This document shows, piece by piece, positions 20,378 through 30,786 of a stretch of 30,786 bases of DNA. How positions within the stretch are numbered: position 1 is the first letter of the stretch; every line of letters begins with the position of its first letter. Source of the DNA: Octopus sinensis (lineage: Eukaryota); NCBI RefSeq assembly GCF_006345805.1, contig NW_021836906.1, positions 1 to 30,786 on the forward strand, given 5' to 3'. Below the pieces are notes generated by a model, which was not told the origin of the DNA, made no database searches, and saw nothing but the letters and a program-made list of their open reading frames with translations. Position numbers and translations under genes: made by a program.

Positions 20378-20590
20378 GGCGGCGAGCTGGCAGAAATGTT
20401 AGCACGCCGGGCGAAATGCTTAGCGGTATTTCGTCTGTCTTTACGTTCAGAGTTCAAATTCCGCCGAGGTTGACTTTGCCTTTCATCCTTTCGGGCTCAA
20501 TAACTTAAGTACCAGTTTTGTACTGGGGGTCGATCTAATCGACTGACCAACTCCCCCAAAATTTCGGGCCTTGTGCCTAGAGTAGAAAAG
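20378..20590 (+). mobile_element. SINE family B, full monomer with perfect 16-bp TSD
   Basis: TSD attattatggcttcta at 20361-20376 and 20591-20606. Confidence 0.95.
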
Positions 20591-20906
20591 ATTATTATGG
20601 CTTCTATTTCGTCTGTTTCACGTTCATTTTTTTTCTCTTCTATATGCTCTGCCAACTTTTAATCTTACTCCTCCGCCTCCATACTCATTGTCACCTCGCC
20701 ACCCCTTGCACTCAATTATAGCGCCTCCTACTTCACACTTCTCCACCCCGCACTTCACACATAACACACTCACCTATATTCTTCTCGCAATAAACCTGTG
20801 GCCAAATCTATAGAGAATCGCAGGATGTCAGCCATTGAATAAACAAAGACACAAAGCACCGTATCATCGAGAAATTCACTTGAAATAGGTGAACTGAGAC
20901 CCGAAA

Positions 20907-20944
<38 letters not shown>

Positions 20945-21404
20945 CACATTTATATATACACTGTGTGTGTGCGTGCGTTATGTATATATATATATATAAT
21001 ATATATATATATATATACATACATACACATACATACATATATATGTGGTGTGTGTGTGTGTGTGTGTGTGTTTGTGTGTACTTATCTTTTTAACTATACA
21101 ACTTAATATACAGACTATTAAGTAACATTGTTAAGTGACAGCTTTTGTTTTAAATGAGGTTGATATACACGTATATGATTTTATGTATGTATAATCGTTG
21201 TAGTAATTATCTGAATTCTTTGTATAAAAAGTGGTTGGTTTCTAAAAAATAAACAAAGCTCTTTTATTGAAAACTACTGACAACAAAGCTAAAAAGTTGT
21301 TACCTAAGCCCCAGTATTATTTAAACCATAGACAAATCTGCTTTACAGATTGCATGCTTAAAATGTAAATTAACTAGACTTCGCCTAAAACCCACCTGGT
21401 TTTA

Positions 21405-21830
21405 GGCACTTGCTAATATAATTAAATGCACCAATAATTGTATGTTTTAAGTGTTAATTTTCAATAATGGTGGTGAAATTTCTGGTTTCAAAGCAGATGT
21501 TTACCAATAATTTCTTTGTGAGTGACTTTACAAGAAATGTCAACATCAACTGCAACCGACTTTTAAAATCACTTTCTTTTCTGTCCCAAATAATCACGTC
21601 AGGCTTTATGTTTCCATTTCAAATAATTGATGCATATGTCCATCATTATTCTTAATGTAAAAACACATTCTCAACAACACAAGTATTTTCTATATTTGTT
21701 CATGGTTGACTTTCCCTAAGAATAGCTATACGTATTTTGCCATGTTGTAAGTATAATATACAATGCTATCATGGTAGAATGCGGCACAACAACTTTGCTG
21801 CATATATGGCTAATTGCTGGTCATTTATTT
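21405..21830 (-). mobile_element. Old RLE-type non-LTR retrotransposon 3' relic
   Basis: Minus-strand frames give NIKPDVIIWDRKE (the PD motif of a restriction-like endonuclease), VDVDISC and TIIGAF. Confidence 0.5.
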
Positions 21831-22286
21831 AATATCTTCCACTGATATGTTACGTATTCGATGATATTGGTCGCATCTTGAAGGAGATGTTAACTTCTTC
21901 AAAATGCATATCTGCAAAACACGCACACACATATACACGCACACACATCCGGTCTGAGTGAGGTGAACATACCATCCAAATATGTTGAATCTGTTTCTTA
22001 TGACAGAAATAAAAATGATAAATGATGGAAAATGGGCTATAGATTTTTAAGAAAGCAAGCAAAAGTATGTAAAAAAAAGTAGAATTACGGTAAGAAAAGT
22101 ATATATACATACATATACATACATGTGTGTGTGTAAGACTACAAGATACAAAAGGTTCACAACGAAACATACATAGAAATAAAGTAGCACGATACTCGTA
22201 TGCATCCCATCTTCAGGGGCCTATCACATTTCATTATGGTTTTTACCACTAAACAATACCATTGAAACCGGCGATATCAACAGCAT

Positions 22287-22673
22287 CTAGGCACAAGGCC
22301 CGGAAATTTGGAGGGAGGGGGCCAGTCGATTAGATCGACCCCAGTACGTAACTGGTAATTAATTTATCGAGCCCGTGAGGATGAAAGGCAAAGTCGGCCT
22401 CAGTGGAATTTGAAATCAGAACATGAAGACAGACGAAATACCTATTTCTTTACTACTCACAAGGGGCTAGACATAGAGAGGACAAGCAAGGACAGACAAA
22501 CGGATTAAGTCGATTATATCGACCCCAGTGCGTAACTGGTACTTAATTTATCGACCCCGAAAGGATGAACGGCAAAGTCGACCTCGGTGAAATGTGAACT
22601 CAGAACGTAACGGCAGATGAAATACGGCTACGCATTTCGCCCGGCGTGCTAACGTTTCTGCCAGCTCGCCGCC
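22287..22673 (-). mobile_element. SINE family B dimer (full head monomer plus headless second monomer)
   Basis: Head ggcggcgagctggcagaaacg begins at 22673. The junction on the plus strand is gacgaaatacc|tatttctttacta at about 22443. The tail is ggccttgtgcctag. Confidence 0.92.
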
Positions 22674-22809
22674 TTCCTGTGATTATAATAACTATTATTA
22701 TTATTATTTAATTGGCAGAAAGTTTCAAAAATGTTTCAAGAGCCGAGACTTTCGTTCAAATCGTATGTGCGGAACTCGCAACCGTTGAATCACATTTGTA
22801 TGTTGCGGA

Positions 22810-22847
<38 letters not shown>

Positions 22848-23339
22848 AACATACAGTCGAAAGGTGACTGAATGGTGCGCTGTGGCACATTTGCTATCCT
22901 TACATTTAATAGACAACATAACTGAAGTCAACTATATTTAACTGGGAATCGAAACAAGATGTCCAACTCGGCCGAGTGATTTTGCAATTAGCAAATGCAA
23001 CATGTCACACTTTCGTATGCTTCGAATTAAAAAGAAAAGAATTACTATTTTGTAAAATTATGTTATCTCCTTTCACCTACAGAAGAAAAGAAGAAAAAAC
23101 TATGAGAATGAATTTAAAAAGAAAGAAAGAAATATTTTATATTGAAAGGAGAGTATTTCTGAAAAAAGCTGTTCGCGCGAAACGAAGTTTGTTTTCTTTA
23201 GCAAGAGAGAGAAAAACTTAAAATACTAGGTTAATGTGGAACGAATGTATTTGAAAAGTTGTGGAAAACTAGTTTAAATTAGTCTAATGATCACGTTTCA
23301 AAAGAAGAGAATATCTGGCTAAAATATAGGTTGGCTGCT

Positions 23340-23383
23340 TTCATTTATATCATCGTCATCGTCGTCGTCGTCATCGTCATCAC

Positions 23384-23419
<36 letters not shown>

Positions 23420-23444
23420 TATTATTATTATTATTACTATTATT

Positions 23445-23488
<44 letters not shown>

Positions 23489-23500
23489 CATTATTATTAC

Positions 23501-23548
<48 letters not shown>
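23340..23548. repeat. (CAT/CGT)n-(TAT)n long trinucleotide tract
   Basis: Direct reading. Confidence 0.95.
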
Positions 23549-23552
<4 letters not shown>

Positions 23553-23755
23553 TGCTTATTCATAGCTTATTCAATAACGAAAGGTTTGCGTGTTCGACGA
23601 ACAATCTTAGAAAAGATGACTCAAATTTTCTTAACAACGCACATAATATCTATGGCTTGTGTGCCATGACCAATGTGTGTGTATGTATGTATTTGTGGGT
23701 GTGTTGTATCTGTCTGTTCTACCTGTACCTAAATCTATGTACATACACCCATATC

Positions 23756-23816
<61 letters not shown>

Positions 23817-23976
23817 TGTATGTATGTATGTATGTATGTATATATATATATTGTGTGTGTATATATATATATATGCACATACACATATATTATATATACA
23901 CATAGGTATATGTGTATAAATTTAGGTGCGTGTGTATAGACAGATACAACACACACATACACACATGTATATTATA

Positions 23977-24084
23977 TATTTCTTTACTACCACAAGGGGC
24001 TAAACACAGAGGGGACAAACCAGGACAGACAAACGGATTAAGTCGATTACATCGCCCTCAGTACGTAACTGGTATTTAATTTAT
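23977..24084 (-). mobile_element. SINE family B fragment (first-monomer tail)
   Basis: tatttctttactaccacaaggggctaaacacagaggggacaaac...gtacgtaactggtatttaatttat. Confidence 0.85.
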
Positions 24085-24166
24085 AGATATATGTGTGTGT
24101 ATATATATATATATATATATAATATATATATATATATGTATAATATATATATTGTATATATATATG

Positions 24167-24197
<31 letters not shown>

Positions 24198-24292
24198 GTA
24201 ATATATATGTATCTATATATATATGTATATATATATATGTAGATATATATATATATGTAAATATATATGTATATATATATACATATATATAT
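24085..24292. repeat. Imperfect (TA)n tract
   Basis: Direct reading. Confidence 0.95.
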
Positions 24293-24296
24293 GTAG

Positions 24297-25812
24297 GAAG
24301 GTAAGGTAAAATATGCCCTATTCATAAAGGAGGTAGCAGAGCAGAGGCCAAGAACTACAGACCTATCTCTCTCACCTCACACATCAGCAAGGTCATGGAA
24401 CGAATAGTCAGAAGGAAACTAATCACCTTCCTTGAAGAAAATGACTTGCTGCCCGACACCCAACATGGTTTCCGACCAGGAAGAAGCTGCTTAACTTAGC
24501 TCCTACAACACTATGACTGGGTGCTGAAACAACTGCCCAACCACTCAAATGTGGAAGTCATATATCTCGACTTTCCAAAGGCCTTTGATAAAGTCGATCA
24601 TGGAATGATATGTCACAAACTGCGTGATCTTGGCATAGTTGGAAAATTGGGAGAATGGCTTCATGACTTTCTGAAGAATAGAAGTCAGGGGCCACTTCCA
24701 TTAACACGCAAATAGTGAGCGTGTTCCGCAGGGCACTGTTTTGGGACCACTACTGTTCATAATGGCCCTCTCAGACATGCCCTCAGCCACGCAGAGAGCC
24801 ACGATCACAAAGTATGCAGATGATACAAAAGTTTCACCAGGCAATACAGAACCCTGAAGACACTAAGCACCTGCAATGTGAACTGGACGAAATATACAAG
24901 TGGGCTGAAAAGAATAGCATGCAGTTCAATGGTGAAAAGCTTCAAGCTTTATACTATCAGCATGCAAAACTGAATGCAATACCCAATGAATACACTGGAC
25001 CCGGAGGGATTGCAATCCCAGAGGCACAATCAGTGCGTGACCTGGGTATTCACATGAGTGATGACGCGACCTTTCATGTACATGTTGCTTAACTGGCAAT
25101 GAAATGTAGACGGCTGGCTGGCTGAATTCTTAGAACCTTTAGAACAAGAGAACAAAAAACCATGATGGTCCTCTGGAAGACACTTGTCCTAAGCCACTTT
25201 GACTATTGCTCTCAGCTATGGTCACCATCCAGTGTCAAGTTGATCACAGAACTTGAGGCGATCCAACGAAGCTACACGAAGAAGATAGCCTCTGTGCAGC
25301 ATATGAGCTACTGGGAAAGACTCAAGAGATTAAAGCTCTATTCCCTGGAGCGTAGGCGATAAAGATATGCCATAATATATATCTGGAAGATCCTGGAAGG
25401 ACTTGTCCCAGACTTTGGCATCGAGAGTCACACAAATGCCAGAACCGGACGCCACTGCGTAGTACCAAGGACTCCAAATTTGCCATCAAGATGTAGGACA
25501 AGATATTGTGAGAGCCTGGGCTTCAGAGGCCCACAGCTCTTCAATATCCTCCCGAAGAACCTGAGGGACCTGCATGGTGTAGATGCGGATGTCTTTAAAG
25601 TAAGACTATATCGCTTCCTGTCAGGTGTCCCGGATGAACCAACATCACGGCAGGAGGTGCAGATGAGGGCAGCTGCATCGAACTCTCTCATGCATCAGAT
25701 GGCGTTTGCTAAAAGCATCCGTGAGGTAAAATCGTGTAGCAAACCAAATGGCGGTGCCCCAGCATGGCCACAGCTCATTGGCTGAAACTGGAAAAATAAA
25801 AATAAAAATCAA
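24297..25812 (+). mobile_element. 5'-truncated CR1-type LINE (RT + 3' end), inactivated
   Basis: [95 protein letters not shown] and FLSGVPDEP...RAAASNSL. It has several stops and frameshifts and ends in a short tail plus (TAAAAA)n. Confidence 0.92.
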
Positions 25813-25946
25813 ATCATATATATACTTAAAAATAAATGGAAACATAAAAATACACTCATCTATTTATATATATATATATGTTGTATCTATCTATCTAACT
25901 ACATCCACAGCTACACAAGCAAGCACGCGTTATAAATAGTTCTGTT

Positions 25947-26039
<93 letters not shown>
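25947..26039. repeat. (TG)n microsatellite
   Basis: Long perfect dinucleotide run. Confidence 0.95.
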
Positions 26040-26041
<2 letters not shown>

Positions 26042-26889
26042 CTGTCTGTCTGTGTATGTGTGTAAGAAAAGAAGCAGATAAATGAGAGAAGCGTATTTGC
26101 ACACAACTGGATGGCCGTCGACTCCCAGAAGTCCATCTGCTCTTTAACAGGTCTTGCTTTTTTTATTTTTTTTGCTTACAGGGTGTCCAAAAATCATCCG
26201 ACTCACCAACCAGGTCTGGTGAAGTTACCAGTTTAGATACCAACAAACCAACCGTGCAGTAGTGTTCACTGGATTACACATTACCTGCTGTCTTGAAAGT
26301 ATCCTTTGGTGAGAAAATTCTAAGAGGAGGCTCTCTGAAATCAGATCGGTTGTTGATGCAGCCGCCAGTCATCTTGCTATTACTGACAGTTTTCTGAGTA
26401 GATACGCGTTCTTCTACAATGTAAGTCACTTTAATCGAATTCTACAGTAGGATCAAACCCGAAACCATTTCATTTCGAAGCACGTTTCTCAACGATGTGA
26501 TCATATTTGCAGACCACCCAGCGTCACCATGGATATACTGGATTGGTTTAACTCAAGAACATTCACAAAGATTAAATTGACTTTAATATATAATATATTA
26601 TGATTATGTGAAACCTAAACGTCTGCCATCAGGGATAATTCAGTAACAGGACAATTGACATCACTATTCGTCTTACCCACCAACAGAACTTAACAGGGAA
26701 CTTAAATTAGCCAACAAAAGGAAACAAAATTCTTGGTCTAACTGATTTATTTGCATAAACTAAAATTCTAGCACATCTGAGTACCTCGGGTTATACTCCT
26801 GATGAAAATTAATGTTCTAGTGTATCAATCTCATCTCATCTAGATCGTCCCATAGGACGCCCCTCTTGGGGTTTCGGTTGCGCATACTA

Positions 26890-27405
26890 CAGAAGTCACA
26901 GGGCGCTTTTCTATGTGGTCCCCCAGTTTCCATTTAACTAGGAACATTAGGGTCTCATCCAATGTCTTGTATTCAAGTTCCTCTGCATGACATTCTGCTA
27001 GTTCAAAGCCAGGAATCTGATCGGTTAGGTCCTCCTGATAACTAAATCCACGCCCTGCTACCGTCGCTTCGATTTATTGTCGTTAAAGTTTTGTCTGTCT
27101 TCTACCCTACTTTTCGACCTGTCTGGCCTGGTAAGACCTGCCTGAAGATTTCTCTCCCTCCAGCATAGCTCTCCAAGTCAATGGAGTACACAGGCACCTC
27201 ACTGCGGCAAGTTACTTGTTGAATTGGCCGTTGACTACACAGTAGTTCTTCCACCCGTTGATGGCCCTTATTTTTTATCCAGCAGAGTGTCCAAATCACC
27301 CTCACCCCACCCACCCCAGCAAGCTTGATGGGGTTTGCTAGTTTAGTCGTCGACGATTCGATCATGCGACAGGTTGTGCTGGGTTATATGTTACCGGTAG
27401 CGCTC
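26890..27405 (-). mobile_element. Possible RTE-type LINE 5' region relic
   Basis: The minus strand has ccaggccagacaggtcgaa (resembling RTE 5' leaders, from memory) followed by gga act tg- aat aca aag-like sequence that restores a GTWN..TL endonuclease start with an indel. Confidence 0.35.
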
Positions 27406-27989
27406 AAGAGCGACCTGACACGAAAGGGAAACTATAATAGAGAAAACCTGAAACTCCAAAAGAGCGAACTTTTCATAAATGCAACATTACTTTAAATTAG
27501 TTAAATGAGCGACTATCTTTAAGTGGAAGGGTTTTTTCTGAAAGTACATACCCTTTTGTGATAACGGCTATATGGCAAGCCAGAGACATTTTCATCTGAA
27601 GGTAAAATCATCAGTAAAAAATACTTTTTTTTTTCATTCTTATTCAATAACAGATGCAAAGATCTCTCTGAACGAAACGAAGTTTTTATATTAATTGAGG
27701 AAGAGTAACACGACAGAGAACAAGGGAAAGTTTAGACAGACAAGACACTGTCGCAATCAGTAGAAGATCGACTCTGTGAAATGTGTGTGTGCATGTGTGT
27801 GTGTGCGCGCGCACGTTTGTGTATGTATGTGTGTATGTCAATATATATCTATATGATGGAGTCTAAGGCTGAGCCTTCAAAAGACTGAGCCAGCAAACTA
27901 AAGGAAACCTTTAACTAATAGACAACTGCAAGATTATTAGCTAACATATCAAATAATTTCTATATTCTTTCTATTATCCTTTCTCAGCC

Positions 27990-28680
27990 TTGGAATAACC
28001 ACCATGATGTAGATCAGGGGCTAAGTGTGATAGTCCTGAACATGGAAGGAACTTTTCACTGAATTCGACTCGGCAGACCTACGGTAAGCGAGAATCCAAA
28101 AGAATAAAAGCAAAACGAAGTTAGCTGTAAAGCTACCTTAATGATAGATCCGTCAGCATCATTTTAAGTCAACAACTTTGATTCATCACTCATCCAGTAT
28201 ATCTGTCCCACAAGGTAGCATTAACTCCGTCCTTTTAGCTCAGCCCTTTGACCCGGAACCCTTCAACGGCATCGCTTCTCCAAGGTTCGTTTCTCGACCG
28301 TCTTCTATTCTCGCAGTATTTGTAGAAGATCATATCAACAACTATCAGCTATAGCTGTACCACAACGCCGACGATTCCATTCTATTTTCTCGAATGAGAT
28401 AAAAAAAGGAGAAATTAATACTCTTGTAGATAGTTTAAAGAGAAACTGCGTCGATTTAAAATCTTGGGAAGATGAGTGGAATGTGACATTTGAGCCTTCA
28501 AAGTGTTAAGCAATGGCTTTACCAAAGAAAATCTCAGTAAACCATGCAGAGCACTTTGGGATTTCAATGTCGCACATATATAAAAAGGCAATTCGAGATT
28601 TGGGTGTAACGAAAAGCAGCGAATTCGTGTGAGCAGAATATGTCTCCACAGTATGCAACAAAGTGAAAATCTAAACAAAG
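27990..28680 (+). mobile_element. Old CR1/L2-group LINE RT relic
   Basis: Scattered motifs LNDRSVSIIL, SVPQGSI, NADDSIL, DLKSWEDEWNVTFEPSKC and IRDLGVT. Confidence 0.65.
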
Positions 28681-28859
28681 TAGATAGGAGAAAGTAAAAA
28701 AGGGTGCAGCTGCCGCAAGCGAAGCACAAATCTTATGTATTTTTATATTACATACGCAACCAATTCGTTGAAGTTCAAAAGAAAAGTTCTCAAGACTATT
28801 GCAGTCGACGGAGCTGAAGGAGCCAAAATAGCAGTCTCGACATCAGAATATCACATAAA

Positions 28860-29398
28860 AATAAGTAGGAGAGAGAGAAGGGGGATGAGACAGAAAGACG
28901 AACAGACAGACAAATAGACAGAGTAAGAGAAAGAGAAAGAGGGAGAGAGGAGGGGAGAGAGAGACAGACAAATATACAAAGTAAGAGAAAGAGAGAGAGG
29001 GGGAGAAGGGGGAGAGACAGAAAGTCAAATAGACAGAGTAAGAGAAAGAGATACTGAGACAGTGAGAGAGAGAAAGAGAGAGAGGGAGGAAGCGACAGAG
29101 GGAGAGACAGACAGACAGACAGACAGACAGATGAGAGAGAGAAAGAGAGGAAAAGGAGAGAGATAGAGGATGAGAGAATGAGAGAGAGAGGGAGGAAGAG
29201 ACAGAGAGACAGAGAGAGAGAAACAAATAGACGGAGTGAGAGAGAGAGAGAGACAGACAGAGACAGAGGCAGTGAGAGAGAAGAAGAGAGAGAGGAGGAA
29301 GAGACAGACAGATACAGTGAGAGAGAGGGGAGAAAGAGAAAGAGAGACAGACAGACAGAGACAGACAGAGTGAGAGAGAGAAAGAGAGGAAAAAGAGT
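28860..29398. repeat. About 540-bp (GA/GACA)-rich polypurine low-complexity tract
   Basis: Direct reading. Confidence 0.95.
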
Positions 29399-29575
29399 AA
29401 CAGTGATGTGTGATATGTACACACACTACAGCCATGAAGATTTAGAGCCACGCTGTTGTTGCTTTGGCTGTTATTTACGGCTGCAAAATCGTAAAACCTT
29501 CATTTCGCGAGTCCACCCCAGCTTACACACTGCCTCTCAACAACTGATGCCATGACCTCCATTTTTCACAGGAGC

Positions 29576-29993
29576 TTTACTCTCTTTACTCTTTTACTTG
29601 TTTCAGTCATATGACTGTGGCCATGCTGGAGCACCGCCTTTAGTCGAGCAAATCGATCCCGGGACTTATTCTTTGTAAGCCCAGTACTTATTCTATCGGT
29701 CTCTTTTGCCGAACCGCTAAGTGACGGGGACGTAATCACACCAGCATCGGTTGTCAAGCAATGCTAGGAGGACAAACACACACACACAAACACACACTCA
29801 TACACACACACACACATATATATATATATACATATATACGACAGGCTTCTTTCAGTTTCCGTCTACCAAATCCACTCACAAGGCATTGGTCGGCCCGGGG
29901 CTATAGCAGAAGACACTTGCCCAAGATGCCACGCAGTGGGACTGAACCCGGAACCATGTGGTTGGTTAGCAAGCTACTTACCACACAGCCATT
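29576..29993 (-). mobile_element. SINE family A, full-length
   Basis: Reverse complement of the head (tggctgtgtggtaagtagc...ggttcagtcccactgcg), internal microsatellite, tail and (GAGTAAA)n end. Confidence 0.93.
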
Positions 29994-30096
29994 CTGCATT
30001 TGTTTATCAAAATATGAAATAAATTTACATCTAAAGGTGATTGAAGCTTTTTTTTTTTCAGTTAACGAAAAACAGGTTCTCCTCACTTAACGTCGT

Positions 30097-30426
30097 TTCT
30101 TTTCTACTCTAGGCACAAGGCCCGAAATTTTGGGGGAGGGAACCGGTCGATTAGATCGACCCAGTACGCAGCTGGTACATAATTTATCGACCCCGAAAGG
30201 ATAAAAGGTAAAGTCGACCCCGGCGGAATTTGAACTCAGAATGTAAAGACAGACGAAATACCTATTTCTTTACTATCCACAAGGAGCTAAACACAGAGGA
30301 CAAACAAGGACAGACAAACGGATTAAGTCGATTACATTGACCCCAGTGCATAACTGGTACTTAGTTTATCGACCCCGAAAGGTTGAAAGGCAAAGTCGAC
30401 CCCGGCGGAATTTGAACTCAGAATGT
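30097..30426 (-). mobile_element. SINE family B dimer, 5'-truncated
   Basis: Same gacgaaatacc|tatttctttacta junction as 22287-22673. Confidence 0.9.
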
Positions 30427-30469
30427 TCACATGCACATGACCTGCCCACGGGCAGGCCACCACTAGTCT

Positions 30470-30590
30470 TGACTGGTACTTTATTTTATCGACCCTGAAG
30501 GATTGAAGGTTGACCTCGGCGAGATTTAAATCCAGAACGTAGAGAGCTTAGAAGGAATGCTGCCAAGCATTTTGTCCAACATGCTAAAGA
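30470..30590 (-). mobile_element. Old SINE family B-related copy
   Basis: actggtactttattttatcgaccctgaagga...gttgacctcggcgagatttaaatccagaacgta. Confidence 0.7.
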
Positions 30591-30786
30591 TTCCGGGAAC
30601 CCGTTGCCTTGCGATGAATGACAACGACAGTCATTCAATTTGTTTTTCTTGTTTTGTTTTGGGTTTTTTTCACGAACATCATCTAAAATGCAGTCTTACA
30701 CGTTTATGTCAACTTCATTTTAAGGTACGACTAAAACTGGAAATATAAAAACTGGTGAAAATTGAATATCCTGGTGAAGAAATACT

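Noticed and set aside
23050-23150. Pyrimidine tract plus AG followed by a Lys/Arg-rich frame (possible exon)
   Set aside because: Early stop, no convincing donor site and no recognisable protein; A-rich low complexity.
27585-27616. Minus-strand CTGATGA...GAAA...GTC
   Set aside because: None of the three stems pairs; a chance match.
2937-29555. Many listed ORFs rich in HT, YI, CV, LS or poly-I/V/M/N repeats
   Set aside because: They are translations of microsatellites and GA tracts that lack stop codons, with no domain content.
1-30786. CRISPR array, prokaryotic operon or telomeric repeat array
   Set aside because: There are no regularly spaced repeats with unique spacers, no gene-dense segment and no TTAGGG arrays.

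Overview
AT-rich, microsatellite-saturated animal DNA with no recognisable intact host gene, tRNA or rRNA. The SINE families and repeat landscape suggest an octopus or other cephalopod genome (inference from recalled repeat families, not a database search). Almost all explainable sequence is mobile-element debris: a Chapaev-like transposase relic, a hAT-like MITE, a complete non-autonomous Helitron, two tRNA-derived SINE families (about 14 copies or fragments), a 5'-truncated R4/Dong-type RLE retrotransposon ending in (TAA)n, a second RLE fragment, a CR1-type LINE whose 3' tail is shared with one SINE family, and RTE and CR1/L2 relics. The most notable pattern is a set of about nine minimal type I hammerhead-ribozyme-like motifs (CUGANGA...GAAA) in several unrelated short elements. 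Five of these elements are arranged as fold-back inverted duplications, one encloses a Penelope-type GIY-YIG fragment, and one has a terminally redundant 488-bp unit resembling a retrozyme or pseudo-LTR. Hammerheads in Penelope-like elements are known in general; whether these particular families are described cannot be determined here. Most listed ORFs are translations of simple repeats.
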